From a virus: a DNA stretch of 37,650 nt. Position 1 is the stretch's first letter. Every line of letters starts with the position of its first letter. The position numbers were made by a program, and so were the translations under genes. Under the pieces are notes generated by a model. The model made no database searches. It saw only the letters and a program-made list of their open reading frames with translations, and had not been told where the DNA came from. Location: IMG/VR virus record IMGVR_UViG_3300045988_143600. One strand, given 5' to 3'. Shown here one piece after another: positions 21,617 through 30,682 of the stretch.

Positions 21617-24580
21617 CTATACTTTTATCGGCGATTTGCCGTTGCGCTTGATAAAATCATTTATATCGTCAATAACGATCTGTGACAGCACTCTGCCCTT
21701 TACTTCGATTGGTATCGTTACGCTTATTTTCTGATTGCCTACAGCTCCGCCGTAAACAGCAAGCGCCTCAAACAAAGCCTGCTTGATCGTATCCAGCGGA
21801 GCTTCGATGTTTGTGCCGCGTTTCTGGTCGCCGAGAACCGCAAGAAACTCGGAGTTCGGCGGAATTACCGCGCCGGTGGCGAGCATTGGAATCTGAGGAA
21901 CTGGTATAGGGTCATAGTCCCAAAACTCATCAAATGGTGTAAAGCCTGCTATTTCAATATCACGAATATCATTAAGTATGCCATTAAGAAAATCCAGTGG
22001 AGTAGAAATAACTTTATTTATTCCGCCAATTATGCCGTTTACAACCGTTGTGAATACTCCTGTTATACCCTCTTTGATACCGTCAAAAATTTTGCCACCA
22101 GTCGAAAATACGTCCTTAACTGCTTGCCAAGCCTTTGAAAATATATCTTTAAACCAATCAGCTACCTTAATAAACGGTGATTTTATTGCAGTCCACAAAT
22201 CCCTGAAAAATTGTGCTGTAGCCGAAAACGCCGATTTTATATTTGTCCACGCAGTTGTAAATATATCTCCAAACCAACTTCCTACTGCAGAAAAAATGTC
22301 TTTGATTCCTGTCCACAGATTTGAGAACCAACCTATAACGGCATTCCAGACAGACAAAATACCGTCCCAAGCTGCTTGGAAAATTCCCGTAAACCATTCT
22401 GCCACGACGGCAAATACATCTTTTATGCCTTGCCATATTCCGGCGAAAAAGTCTTTAATTGATGTCCAGACCTCTGTTACCCAGTCTACAAATTGCTGTA
22501 TGGTCATTTTAAAGCTGTCCCACAAATCAATAAAAAACTGTTTTACTGTTTCCCAATTTTTGTACAGCAATACGCCGATAGCGATAAGCGCACCGATTCC
22601 TAGACATACAAGTGTGATTGGACTCGTCAAAAAATTAACTGCTACACCAAGTGCAGTAATTAACGGTGTCAATACACTTGTTCCTGCCGCCAATGCGGCA
22701 AATGCACTTACTACGCCTTGAATTATTCCGGATATTGCAAATGCCGATCCCAAAGTCCCAACTACAACAGCAAAATTTTCGACAGCAGTCTGATGATTCT
22801 TTATCCAGTCACTAACCCCATTTAAGGCTGATGTAATACCTTTCAACGCGCCTACTATAATACCTCCGGTCCATGTTGCAATAGGCTTCAAAAATTTATC
22901 CCACAGCCATTTACCCATAGGTTTTAACGCTGAAATTGCTGAATCAAGAACTTTTATAGCTGCCGCCAGCAAATTAAGAAATGTTGGTATCAAAGTACTT
23001 ATAGTCCATGATGCCATAGGGAGCAAAATATTATCCCAGAACCATTCGATACCGTCAAATATGTCGGCAGTTAAAGGCTTTAATGCGGATGTTACATTTT
23101 CAAATGATGTAATGAGAGGTGAGAAGTCAATGTTCTGCGCCCATTCAACAGTGTCTGCCGTTATGTTTTCAATTGTGTCGAGTATATCATTAAAAATATC
23201 AAGAATGTCCTGAATAATTTTTGTACCACTGCTATCAGACCAAGCGGAGGAAAAATTGCGTGACACATATCCGATTGTATTATTAATGTTTGTCCATATA
23301 CCGAGTAAATGTTCAGAAATTTGTTCGCCCGTTCCGTTACTCCAAACATCGGTGAATGATCCGCCTATGCTTTTGATAACACTCCATACACCCTCGAAAG
23401 CAAATCTCATACTATCTGTTACCTTGACTCCATTTTTATCCCAAGCTTGTTTAAATGGCGTAAAAATAGTATTAAAAGATGATTTTACCCAATAAAAAAA
23501 ATCTTTAAGCTTTTTATCGGCATCAGATGTATCAACATCTACAGTAGTGGAGATCGTATTGCCGCTTAGAGTACCGACCACTGGCGATGCATTTGTATCA
23601 GATGAGGAACTGTTGTCCGCCAGCTTATTTATCTGATCAAAGCTTGCAAGTGCATTTTCTTGAGCCTCGACAGTAGCTTCAGCCGATGTTGCCATATCGG
23701 AATAATTTTCCACCGCCTGCGAAGAACTTTCAGCAACTCCATCTGTTGTATTCATCAGTTTAATTCCAAACACCTCAGAAAGTGCTTTAACTGCTGAATT
23801 AGCAACAGCTGTCAAACTTTGCAATTCCGCTGTTATGTTTTTTACAACTGTTACAGCACCAGAAAGAACAGGCTGTCCTATTACAGCAAGCAACTGTTTC
23901 CAAGACTCTTTCAGATTACCGATGACATTTTCCCAGCCGTCTGCTTCTCGCGCGGCTTGTCCCTCCGCTCCAGAAAGAGCATTTGCATCCTTGACCATTT
24001 GCAATAGTGTAAGTTGCTTCTGAGCTTCGGATAATTCCATAAATGATTTTCCATAGAGTTTATTAGCCGCTGTGTTTCGCGTAGTTTCTGTACAACTCAA
24101 ACCCAAAGCAGCATCGTTTTCAAAGTTGCCTTTCAAGAACGATTTTAGGCTTTCTGCAGTATCTTCAAGGCTTCGATCGTAATATGCCGCACTGTCTGCT
24201 GTTACCTGCAACGCTTCTTCCATCATTTTTAGAGCACTAACTGAATCCATACCCGTAGTTTTAGCAAAAGCATAAATAGATGTGCCTACATTTTGAAGTC
24301 TTGTCTGAAGAATGCTACTGTTATCAGCTACACTTTTCATAGCATTATCTGCAGCAGATTTTAAAGTTCCAAAAGTCTGTTGCATTTGAGAATTTGCAGC
24401 ATTTATATCTGCAGCAGCTTCAAGAGCTTCTTTTCCACTGAACACAGTACCAAGTGCTGCACCCATTTTTAAAACTATATTTCGGAGATTATTAAGCTGG
24501 TTACCTAAACTGTTTATACCTTTGGAAAATCCTTTTGTATCTATTTTTGTATCGAAATTAAGTCTGCCGTCAATTGCCAA
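21617..24580 (-). CDS. Tape measure protein
   Basis: 987 aa. N-terminal helical region, central glycine/hydrophobic TM-like block (…GALIAIGVLLY…) and repeated W/F-x-D/N-I-F motifs. It is the largest gene in the tail module. Confidence 0.9.
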   Translation of the reverse strand: MAIDGRLNFDTKIDTKGFSKGINSLGNQLNNLRNIVLKMGAALGTVFSGKEALEAAADINAANSQMQQTFGTLKSAADNAMKSVADNSSILQTRLQNVGTSIYAFAKTTGMDSVSALKMMEEALQVTADSAAYYDRSLEDTAESLKSFLKGNFENDAALGLSCTETTRNTAANKLYGKSFMELSEAQKQLTLLQMVKDANALSGAEGQAAREADGWENVIGNLKESWKQLLAVIGQPVLSGAVTVVKNITAELQSLTAVANSAVKALSEVFGIKLMNTTDGVAESSSQAVENYSDMATSAEATVEAQENALASFDQINKLADNSSSSDTNASPVVGTLSGNTISTTVDVDTSDADKKLKDFFYWVKSSFNTIFTPFKQAWDKNGVKVTDSMRFAFEGVWSVIKSIGGSFTDVWSNGTGEQISEHLLGIWTNINNTIGYVSRNFSSAWSDSSGTKIIQDILDIFNDILDTIENITADTVEWAQNIDFSPLITSFENVTSALKPLTADIFDGIEWFWDNILLPMASWTISTLIPTFLNLLAAAIKVLDSAISALKPMGKWLWDKFLKPIATWTGGIIVGALKGITSALNGVSDWIKNHQTAVENFAVVVGTLGSAFAISGIIQGVVSAFAALAAGTSVLTPLITALGVAVNFLTSPITLVCLGIGALIAIGVLLYKNWETVKQFFIDLWDSFKMTIQQFVDWVTEVWTSIKDFFAGIWQGIKDVFAVVAEWFTGIFQAAWDGILSVWNAVIGWFSNLWTGIKDIFSAVGSWFGDIFTTAWTNIKSAFSATAQFFRDLWTAIKSPFIKVADWFKDIFSKAWQAVKDVFSTGGKIFDGIKEGITGVFTTVVNGIIGGINKVISTPLDFLNGILNDIRDIEIAGFTPFDEFWDYDPIPVPQIPMLATGAVIPPNSEFLAVLGDQKRGTNIEAPLDTIKQALFEALAVYGGAVGNQKISVTIPIEVKGRVLSQIVIDDINDFIKRNGKSPIKV

Positions 24581-24598
24581 TTATATCAGCCTCCTTTC

Positions 24599-24627
24599 TT
24601 GACAAAATCCTCCATACGCTGTATAAT
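24599..24627 (+). promoter_or_regulatory. Consensus sigma-A promoter driving the plus-strand moron
   Basis: TTGACA (24599-24604), a 17-nt spacer, then TATAAT (24622-24627). It overlaps the RBS region of the divergent tape measure gene. Confidence 0.7.
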
Positions 24628-24656
24628 GAAAAAAATACATAATGGGAGGAAATGTT

Positions 24657-25334
24657 ATGTTTTGCTTTAAATGCGGCGCAGAAATATCCGATGAATCAGA
24701 TTTCTGCATGATATGTGGAACTGAAATTCTGCATCACAATAAAACCGAAATTGAAGAAGTCAACTCGATTTCAACTATACCTATGAATGCCACAATAAAA
24801 TCGGCTTTTGTGTCAACTATAATAGTTTCGGAAACGGAGATCTCATACAAAAGTGGGCTCAAAAGCGAAACTATAAAAGTATCCGACATATCAGATATTA
24901 GATATACAGCCGGAACTCCTTCCGAGAACGGTCGCTTGTTTATAACAGCAAACGGAAAATCATATAACGTAATGTTTTTCTTTAACAATAATAAAAAAAT
25001 TGCTGAGTTATGTGGTTACTTCTCCGCACTTAGCAATAATACTTTTATACCGATGGAAGTAACCACATCAACTTCATCACAAACAGGCGAAACACAACAT
25101 GAAGAAAAAACGTTATCAAAACGTCAGCGTATAAAGGAAAACAAGAAAAACGGTATTGCTTGCTGTCCTAAATGTGGAAGTACTTCGCTTACGGCAAACA
25201 AAAAAGGCTTTGGAGTCGGAAAAGCAGTCATAGGAACTGCTGTTGCCGGTCCAATAGGTCTTGTTGCCGGAAACAAAGGAGCAAAAAAAGTTCGTATAAC
25301 TTGCCTTAACTGCGGTAATCAGTGGTGGGCGTAA
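24657..25334 (+). CDS. Double zinc-ribbon protein with a glycine-zipper segment (moron)
   Basis: The GGAGG RBS lies inside the track ORF, so the start is taken as ATG 24657 (MFCFKCGAEISDESDFCMICGTEI). The C-terminus reads CCPKCGS...GVGKAVIGTAVAGPIGLVAGNKG...CLNCGNQWW. It is the only plus-strand gene in the late region. Confidence 0.65.
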   Translation: MFCFKCGAEISDESDFCMICGTEILHHNKTEIEEVNSISTIPMNATIKSAFVSTIIVSETEISYKSGLKSETIKVSDISDIRYTAGTPSENGRLFITANGKSYNVMFFFNNNKKIAELCGYFSALSNNTFIPMEVTTSTSSQTGETQHEEKTLSKRQRIKENKKNGIACCPKCGSTSLTANKKGFGVGKAVIGTAVAGPIGLVAGNKGAKKVRITCLNCGNQWWA

Positions 25335-25335
25335 T

Positions 25336-25368
25336 AAAAAAGTCAGTCCAAACGGGCTGACTTTTTTT
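25336..25368. terminator. Bidirectional rho-independent terminator
   Basis: AAAAAGTCAGTCC-AAAC-GGGCTGACTTTTTTT. It serves both the moron (plus strand) and the Gp15-like gene (minus strand). Confidence 0.8.
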
Positions 25369-25924
25369 ATAACAGATTATTTATAAAATCAAGTTCATCC
25401 TGTTCCTCTGCTGTAAGCTTCACCTTAATATCAATAAGTTCTTTGTTGTTCCGGTAAAAGTCCTGTTCTCCTTTACTAAGTTTTTTATTGTGTGCAAGCT
25501 TATAGCGTATATTTATAACATTACTGTATAAACCCTCACCAATCTCATTAAAAAGGCCTAAAACCGTCCACCAATGCATATAATCAATTTCACGAATTTC
25601 CTTTCCTGCTACCTTATTGAGAGCTGGAAAAATAATCCCTTCATCCTGATCCCAGTTTATCAACGGTTTAGGTTGACGTTTAGATTTTGGCATATCTCCG
25701 CCGTCAAGAAACCATTTGGCTTGTTCTGCCGCTTCGTAAAGATCCGAGTTAGGTATCTGATCGTGATGCTTGTACAACAGTTGTATACATCCATATGTTT
25801 TGGCTTTGTCATTAAGCGTATCGTCATTGCACATAGAAAAAATCAGCAAAGCTACGCGATAATCACTATATATTGAATATATTTTACCGTTGACTGTCAA
25901 AGCTTTAGGCAATGCACCTATCAT
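25367..25924 (-). CDS. Gp15-family tail protein (A118-type phage Gp15-like)
   Basis: ALTVNGKIYSIYSDYRVALLIF...LLYKH pattern. It lies between the tail chaperone and the tape measure. Confidence 0.55.
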   Translation of the reverse strand: MIGALPKALTVNGKIYSIYSDYRVALLIFSMCNDDTLNDKAKTYGCIQLLYKHHDQIPNSDLYEAAEQAKWFLDGGDMPKSKRQPKPLINWDQDEGIIFPALNKVAGKEIREIDYMHWWTVLGLFNEIGEGLYSNVINIRYKLAHNKKLSKGEQDFYRNNKELIDIKVKLTAEEQDELDFINNLL

Positions 25925-26415
25925 TTTGTTTCACCAACAATGGTATTGCGCTGTGCCGCATAGGAATTAAGTTTCTCCTGTGATTTCTTTCTTTCCTCCA
26001 CAGAACATTCATTTATGTACGCGAAGATGCACTGCATAAAATTCATAAATACTGGTTGACCTCCGGCAGGCGAAAGACATGAATCAGTTCCGAATACTAT
26101 TAATGAAATATCATAACCAAAGATCTCATTTATAAGATCCTTCACCGCCATATCAAGTTTGTCCACACTATCAGCGGCAAGTTTCAGCTTTTCAAAGTCC
26201 GGATTATTCTCATCAAGATTCTGCAGATCATTGATAGAGTTCATATCGATATCTCCGTATCTACTGCGTATATTCTCATATTTCTCATCAAAGCCTGAAA
26301 TTCGGTTAATAAACTGAGTATCTGTTGGATTAATACGGATTATTTTATCCGGATTCCCATTTAATTCGATATTTTTGTATCCGTCGTCAAAACTAAGCTT
26401 AATTGTTTCTGACAT
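25921..26415 (-). CDS. Tail assembly chaperone
   Basis: Acidic, roughly 165-aa ORF directly after the major tail gene. AAGGAG RBS precedes the ATG at 26415. Confidence 0.55.
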   Translation of the reverse strand: MSETIKLSFDDGYKNIELNGNPDKIIRINPTDTQFINRISGFDEKYENIRSRYGDIDMNSINDLQNLDENNPDFEKLKLAADSVDKLDMAVKDLINEIFGYDISLIVFGTDSCLSPAGGQPVFMNFMQCIFAYINECSVEERKKSQEKLNSYAAQRNTIVGETK

Positions 26416-26430
26416 AAAAAACACTCCTTA

Positions 26431-26455
26431 GAAAAGAGGGGCTTAGTCGCCCCTC
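26431..26455 (-). terminator. Hairpin terminator/attenuator after the major tail protein gene
   Basis: The minus strand reads GAGGGGC-GACTAA-GCCCCTC followed by TTTTC. Confidence 0.6.
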
Positions 26456-26458
26456 AAA

Positions 26459-26962
26459 TTATCCTTCAGCCAGCGGCGTAAATGTCACCACTTTATTTGC
26501 GATTGTTACAGTACCCTTAATACGATTGCCGCAGGGTTGGATATTAAACGGTATGTTGACACCGCCCTGCGGTCCGCCATATGACTGCGGCTTAACGATG
26601 CAATCTTCCATCCATGCATCGTAAGGACCTTCGGTCTTATCGATAAGCACCTCAAGATATTTGCTCTTGCAGTCGTCGCCAACAAGACGATCCAACGCAA
26701 TAGATTTGATCTTTTCGTAAATCGCATCTTCTGTATTTGCGTAGTAGGTTTCAACAGACAAACTAGGTTCGTAACCGTTGTCATTTACATCTGTTTCATC
26801 AAGGATATTCTTAACAGTCGCGGTATCCGGTCCCAAATCCATAGACATATCCTCAATGTTTTTGCCGATCAGGAACCATGACGGAGTTTCTCCGCCAAAA
26901 GTGGAATCCAACAAATGCATAAGATGACTTCTTTTAAGCTTTTTTATTCCTGTAGCTGCCAT
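26459..26962 (-). CDS. Major tail protein (siphovirus type)
   Basis: 167 aa. It follows the head-tail joining genes and precedes the chaperones. AGGAGGAA RBS. Confidence 0.7.
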   Translation of the reverse strand: MAATGIKKLKRSHLMHLLDSTFGGETPSWFLIGKNIEDMSMDLGPDTATVKNILDETDVNDNGYEPSLSVETYYANTEDAIYEKIKSIALDRLVGDDCKSKYLEVLIDKTEGPYDAWMEDCIVKPQSYGGPQGGVNIPFNIQPCGNRIKGTVTIANKVVTFTPLAEG

Positions 26963-27394
26963 TTATATTTCCTCCTCAAATGTAAAATGTATCTGTATCT
27001 GATACAATCCTCTGTCTCCGTCCTCATCCAGAGCAAGCAGTATGCCATTATCAGCGGATATACTGATAGGTTCAAAATTTCCTGCAAGTTCTGGATAATT
27101 CCGGCTACTGTTCTGTTTTTCAATCCAGAAGATAAAATCCTCCGTAAAAGCTGATGCATTGAGCCTTGACAGATCATCGGCTGTGTACTCTCTGCTCTGG
27201 AGCAAAGCATTGTACTGCCATGTCTGATTTCCGCACACGTCCTCACTGAGTTTTACAAGACCTGATGTCTGTATACTGTAATTAACAGGTTCAGACTCAG
27301 TCTGGTCTATGTGCAGATCAATATCTCCAAGATTGGGATACTGTAACACATATTCTTTCATAGCCTCCAAAAGGCTTTTATTTTGCTCCGGCAA
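26963..27394 (-). CDS. Tail terminator / minor capsid-family protein
   Basis: 143-aa ORF in the head-tail joining cluster. Assigned by synteny. Confidence 0.45.
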   Translation of the reverse strand: MPEQNKSLLEAMKEYVLQYPNLGDIDLHIDQTESEPVNYSIQTSGLVKLSEDVCGNQTWQYNALLQSREYTADDLSRLNASAFTEDFIFWIEKQNSSRNYPELAGNFEPISISADNGILLALDEDGDRGLYQIQIHFTFEEEI

Positions 27395-27749
27395 TTCGTT
27401 TCACTCCTTTGATTATTCCGGACAGATGATCGGGTTTCATACGCTCGAACCATAGTCTGCCTCGCTTGCCCCCAAGGTTAAGCCCCTGCTTGCCCATACC
27501 TTTGTTATCGTAATAATTTTTGCGGGCGTATGGTGTGTTGTAATGCACCATGCCTGATCCAACTACCGTTGATGTAATACCTGACTGTTTAAGCTTACCG
27601 GTAAGCATTGGCACATAACTATCACAGCAACGTAATACTTCGCTGTCGATATACTTCTGTACTCGGCCGCCTTTTTGCAGACCACGCCTCGCAAACAGTT
27701 CATTTTCGGGAGCGACCGTGAGAGTTACTTTAATACTGTTATTACTCAT
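27378..27749 (-). CDS. HK97 gp10-like / minor capsid family head-tail joining protein
   Basis: Carries VHYNTPYARKNYYDN and KRGRLWFERMK motifs, which are typical of this family. Confidence 0.5.
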   Translation of the reverse strand: MSNNSIKVTLTVAPENELFARRGLQKGGRVQKYIDSEVLRCCDSYVPMLTGKLKQSGITSTVVGSGMVHYNTPYARKNYYDNKGMGKQGLNLGGKRGRLWFERMKPDHLSGIIKGVKRIAGAK

Positions 27750-28072
27750 TTAGCCGTCACCTCCGTGTGCCACATTATGGGACTGCCGTAATCCTTGCGC
27801 TCTACAGTACTGATTTTGAGCGGGCTTACAGCCTTAAGCAACTCTGCCACAGAGGCTGTCACGTCAAAATCAATATCGCCCTTTGCAATATAGTCGGACT
27901 TATCGACTACAGCCAACAACGGCAGATGTATCAACGCCCGGTCAACATCGGTCTTGCCCGTCTTTGCAATGTTTTCGGCTTCGGTGTCCTGCCACCAGCA
28001 CGGATAATGCTGTGTAATAAATGCACCGTCGGGCTGTTTGTGCCAGACGGTGCATTTTGTATTATATCTCAT
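27746..28072 (-). CDS. Head closure / head-tail adaptor protein
   Basis: 108-aa ORF, translationally coupled within the connector cluster. Confidence 0.45.
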   Translation of the reverse strand: MRYNTKCTVWHKQPDGAFITQHYPCWWQDTEAENIAKTGKTDVDRALIHLPLLAVVDKSDYIAKGDIDFDVTASVAELLKAVSPLKISTVERKDYGSPIMWHTEVTAK

Positions 28073-28393
28073 TTATATCCACCCCACAGACCTGAGATTA
28101 AGGTATCTGGAGGCGGTCTTGATCAGCTCATCGGCGACAGCAGTCTGAGTGGTCGAATAACTTATCGAATAATCTCCGACCTTTTCGGAGGCTATCTGTT
28201 TATCCGGCTGTGCGGAGTACATGATCTCTGCACAAGCACAGCAGGCTTTGGCAAGGCTGATCTCGTCGGTCTCGGCAAAGCTCAGACTGTCGAGATATTC
28301 CGATGCACGCTCCGCAAAATAAGGATAATCCGTTTCGGAAATCTTATTGCCATGAAAATCAGCAGTGTAAAACGTGTAATCAGCATAAGCCAT
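28073..28393 (-). CDS. Head-tail connector (gp6-like) protein
   Basis: 106-aa ORF with the N-terminus MAYADYTFYTADFHGNKISETDYPYFAERASEYLDSLS, in the usual position after the capsid genes. Confidence 0.5.
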   Translation of the reverse strand: MAYADYTFYTADFHGNKISETDYPYFAERASEYLDSLSFAETDEISLAKACCACAEIMYSAQPDKQIASEKVGDYSISYSTTQTAVADELIKTASRYLNLRSVGWI

Positions 28394-28396
28394 AGC

Positions 28397-28633
28397 CTAC
28401 ACCTCCGTTTCGCTTGTCGTATCCTCTACCGCAACTGCATCGACGATTTCCTGAATGATTGCGTCCTTCTTGCTTGCCGACCCGAGGTCAATGCCAAGTT
28501 CGGCGGCATAAGCTTTTAGTTCAGGGACTGTCATGCTCTTATAATCAATGACATTTTCATTTTCGCAATAGTCGGCAGGCGGTTCTATTGTTATTGGCTT
28601 CTCGTTAAAAGTCAATCCTACTGTCTTTGCCAT
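28397..28633 (-). CDS. Small protein with Rho-N/SAP (HeH)-like motif
   Basis: MTVPELKAYAAELGIDLGSASKKDAIIQEI is a helix-extension-helix motif. It lies downstream of the capsid gene. Confidence 0.5.
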   Translation of the reverse strand: MAKTVGLTFNEKPITIEPPADYCENENVIDYKSMTVPELKAYAAELGIDLGSASKKDAIIQEIVDAVAVEDTTSETEV

Positions 28634-28644
28634 AACGACACCTC

Positions 28645-29532
28645 CTATGCCTTGTGGTGCAGATAAATACCTGCCGCCTTGTTTTCGTACACATCAGCCA
28701 GACCATAAGCACGGAAGAAGAACAGCCAGCTGTCATCCGTCTGATTTTCCTCCGGCGTAACGACCTTGTTTACCGTGTGCTTAGGATACTGGATAACCGC
28801 CGACTTCTGGATTATCATAAAGTTTATATCCTTTGCGGTTGTCGCCTTAGCAAAACCGCCTGCCGTTTCATCGACGCCCTCTGATTTTGTCGTGCCGTCC
28901 TTAAGATCGATCGCAGTGTAAAATCTGCTCTGAGGCACTTTTACGATCTTAGCAAAGCCGTCAAGTACAGCCTTTGACTTTGTGGTGTCCACATTGATAG
29001 CAAGGTTATACAGAGTAGGAGTGATGTACAGAATACGGTTTTCCGGCGATACTTCGTCTTCGTCCATTTTGTTCTGTGCAGTGATCAGAGCGGTAAGGAC
29101 ATCATTACCCGATGAAAGTGTTGCTCCTGCAGAAACCTTAGATATGCCTGTTGTACCTGCATAGGTCGCGAACCTGAATGCGTCCTGTTCGGGAGCAACC
29201 TTGACGCGGATAAACTCTGAGGACAGTCTGCCGAAAGCAAGTCCTGCAGTCTCCTCATTGTCCATATTGTCAACGCTGAATTTACGACCTCTGTCGTAAT
29301 TAAAGGTAACAGTCTCGTTTGTAAGAGTAACGTCGCCCTTTACATAGCCACTGTTTCTGGAGTAGTCCGCCAGACCGTCCATAGAGATCTTAGGGATTAT
29401 GATCTCATTTGCGTTTGCGCCCGCTTTAACAAGAGTAGGATCGCTGTCGAGATCGGCGGTCAAAGATGCCTGCTTGTAAACCTCGTCAAGCAGTGCGATG
29501 TAGGTTTTAAATTTTGTAATTGCGTTTGCCAT
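28645..29532 (-). CDS. Major capsid protein
   Basis: 295 aa, directly after the scaffold gene, with a strong RBS. Composition and size are typical of Firmicutes siphophage capsid proteins. Confidence 0.75.
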   Translation of the reverse strand: MANAITKFKTYIALLDEVYKQASLTADLDSDPTLVKAGANANEIIIPKISMDGLADYSRNSGYVKGDVTLTNETVTFNYDRGRKFSVDNMDNEETAGLAFGRLSSEFIRVKVAPEQDAFRFATYAGTTGISKVSAGATLSSGNDVLTALITAQNKMDEDEVSPENRILYITPTLYNLAINVDTTKSKAVLDGFAKIVKVPQSRFYTAIDLKDGTTKSEGVDETAGGFAKATTAKDINFMIIQKSAVIQYPKHTVNKVVTPEENQTDDSWLFFFRAYGLADVYENKAAGIYLHHKA

Positions 29533-29552
29533 AATATTTTACCTCCGTAAAA

Positions 29553-30089
29553 TTACTTAGTCGCAGGCAGACCCATTACGGCTCTTGCCTGTGCGTCTGA
29601 TGTTGTTTCTGTTGCCGAACCGTGGTCAAGACCGGTGTCTATCCTTGCGGTAGGCTCATCACCATCCGCAAAGAGAAATGCTTTGTCGGCCTTAAGCTTG
29701 TCAAGCTGTTCGGTAAGACCTGTGATCTTGCCGTCATCGTCAAGCTTGAGGAGCGACGAGTCAAGCTGAGACTTGACAATGTCCACATCTCTTGCTTTTG
29801 CTCCGGCAAGGGACAGTTCCAGAGCCTTGTCAAGCTTAAGTGCGGCAATATCTGCATTGTACTTGCTTTCCCAGTCGGACGCCGCTTTCTTAAGTCCTTC
29901 AATGTCCTCGCCGTCAAATGCTTTGACCTTATCAGTAAGCTCTGAGATCGTGCCTTTTGCCGTTTCCAGTTCTGCGTTAAGGTCTGTGTACTTCTGCTGT
30001 TCTGCGGTCAGCTCCGCTGTGTGCTGTTCAAGCACCTTGTTTGCCTGCTCCTCGGTAATACCGAGAGCTGTTAAATCTTTCAGTTCCAT
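29553..30089 (-). CDS. Scaffolding protein
   Basis: 178 aa, highly charged and coiled-coil (ELTAEQQKYTDLNAELETAKGTISELTDKVKA...). It lies upstream of the capsid gene. Confidence 0.75.
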   Translation of the reverse strand: MELKDLTALGITEEQANKVLEQHTAELTAEQQKYTDLNAELETAKGTISELTDKVKAFDGEDIEGLKKAASDWESKYNADIAALKLDKALELSLAGAKARDVDIVKSQLDSSLLKLDDDGKITGLTEQLDKLKADKAFLFADGDEPTARIDTGLDHGSATETTSDAQARAVMGLPATK

Positions 30090-30219
30090 AGGGATTTTTC
30101 CTCCTTAATTTTGAGTATAAAATTTATCTCCTCGCAAGCGGCTCGGATTTTTGCTCCGCAAAAACGAGGATAAATAAAACGCCCTTGAAAGAGCGTTTTA
30201 CTATCGTTAAAATGCAGTT

Positions 30220-30360
30220 TTAATCATCTGATAAATCTACAAGGCATTTAATAACCAAACAAATACCTTTTATTATTGTGAAGACCCATGCGGCTACATA
30301 ACAGCCAACGGGGATTTGCCCTGTATCGAGGGCGTAAAGCAATATAAGGGTTGAAAGCAT
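30220..30360 (-). CDS. Small hydrophobic protein (46 aa), below the ORF-track cut-off
   Basis: Hand translation gives MLSTLILLYALDTGQIPVGCYVAAWVFTIIKGICLVIKCLVDLSDD. AAAGGAG RBS. It is followed by hairpins at 30120-30200. Confidence 0.4.
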   Translation of the reverse strand: MLSTLILLYALDTGQIPVGCYVAAWVFTIIKGICLVIKCLVDLSDD

Positions 30361-30410
30361 AAATTATCAGCTCCTTTTTGCAAAATTAAAAGCCCCCAGT
30401 AGCTGGGAGC

Positions 30411-30671
30411 TTATTCATTATGAATTTGAAAATAAACCTTATCATAAATATCCAATGCTTTATATCCGAAATCTGTCATATTATTCTGATTTTCGTCCAT
30501 GCCATAAACAACTGATATGTTGCTAATTATGCATTGAAACATAGAAACATCTTTATTATTTATTTCTATCTGACTTGTTTCGGGGAAGAGCTTGTATGGG
30601 TATTCCAAATCTTCAAAATCGCCATATTTGACAAGCATTTCATATTCATCTTTTTTGAAATTGAATATCAT
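30411..30671 (-). CDS. Small acidic protein, candidate immunity partner of the MuF C-terminal domain
   Basis: 86 aa from the ATG at 30671. The GAGGTG RBS overlaps the MuF stop codon, which implies translational coupling. No recognisable motif. Confidence 0.5.
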   Translation of the reverse strand: MIFNFKKDEYEMLVKYGDFEDLEYPYKLFPETSQIEINNKDVSMFQCIISNISVVYGMDENQNNMTDFGYKALDIYDKVYFQIHNE

Positions 30672-30682
30672 AATAATACACC

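Noticed and set aside
21978-22721. 247-aa plus-strand ORF
   Set aside because: It lies entirely antisense to the tape measure gene. It has low-complexity, biased composition and no RBS, so it is a shadow ORF.
27767-28519. 250-aa plus-strand ORF
   Set aside because: It is antisense to four tightly coupled head-tail connector genes and has no RBS, so it is a shadow ORF.
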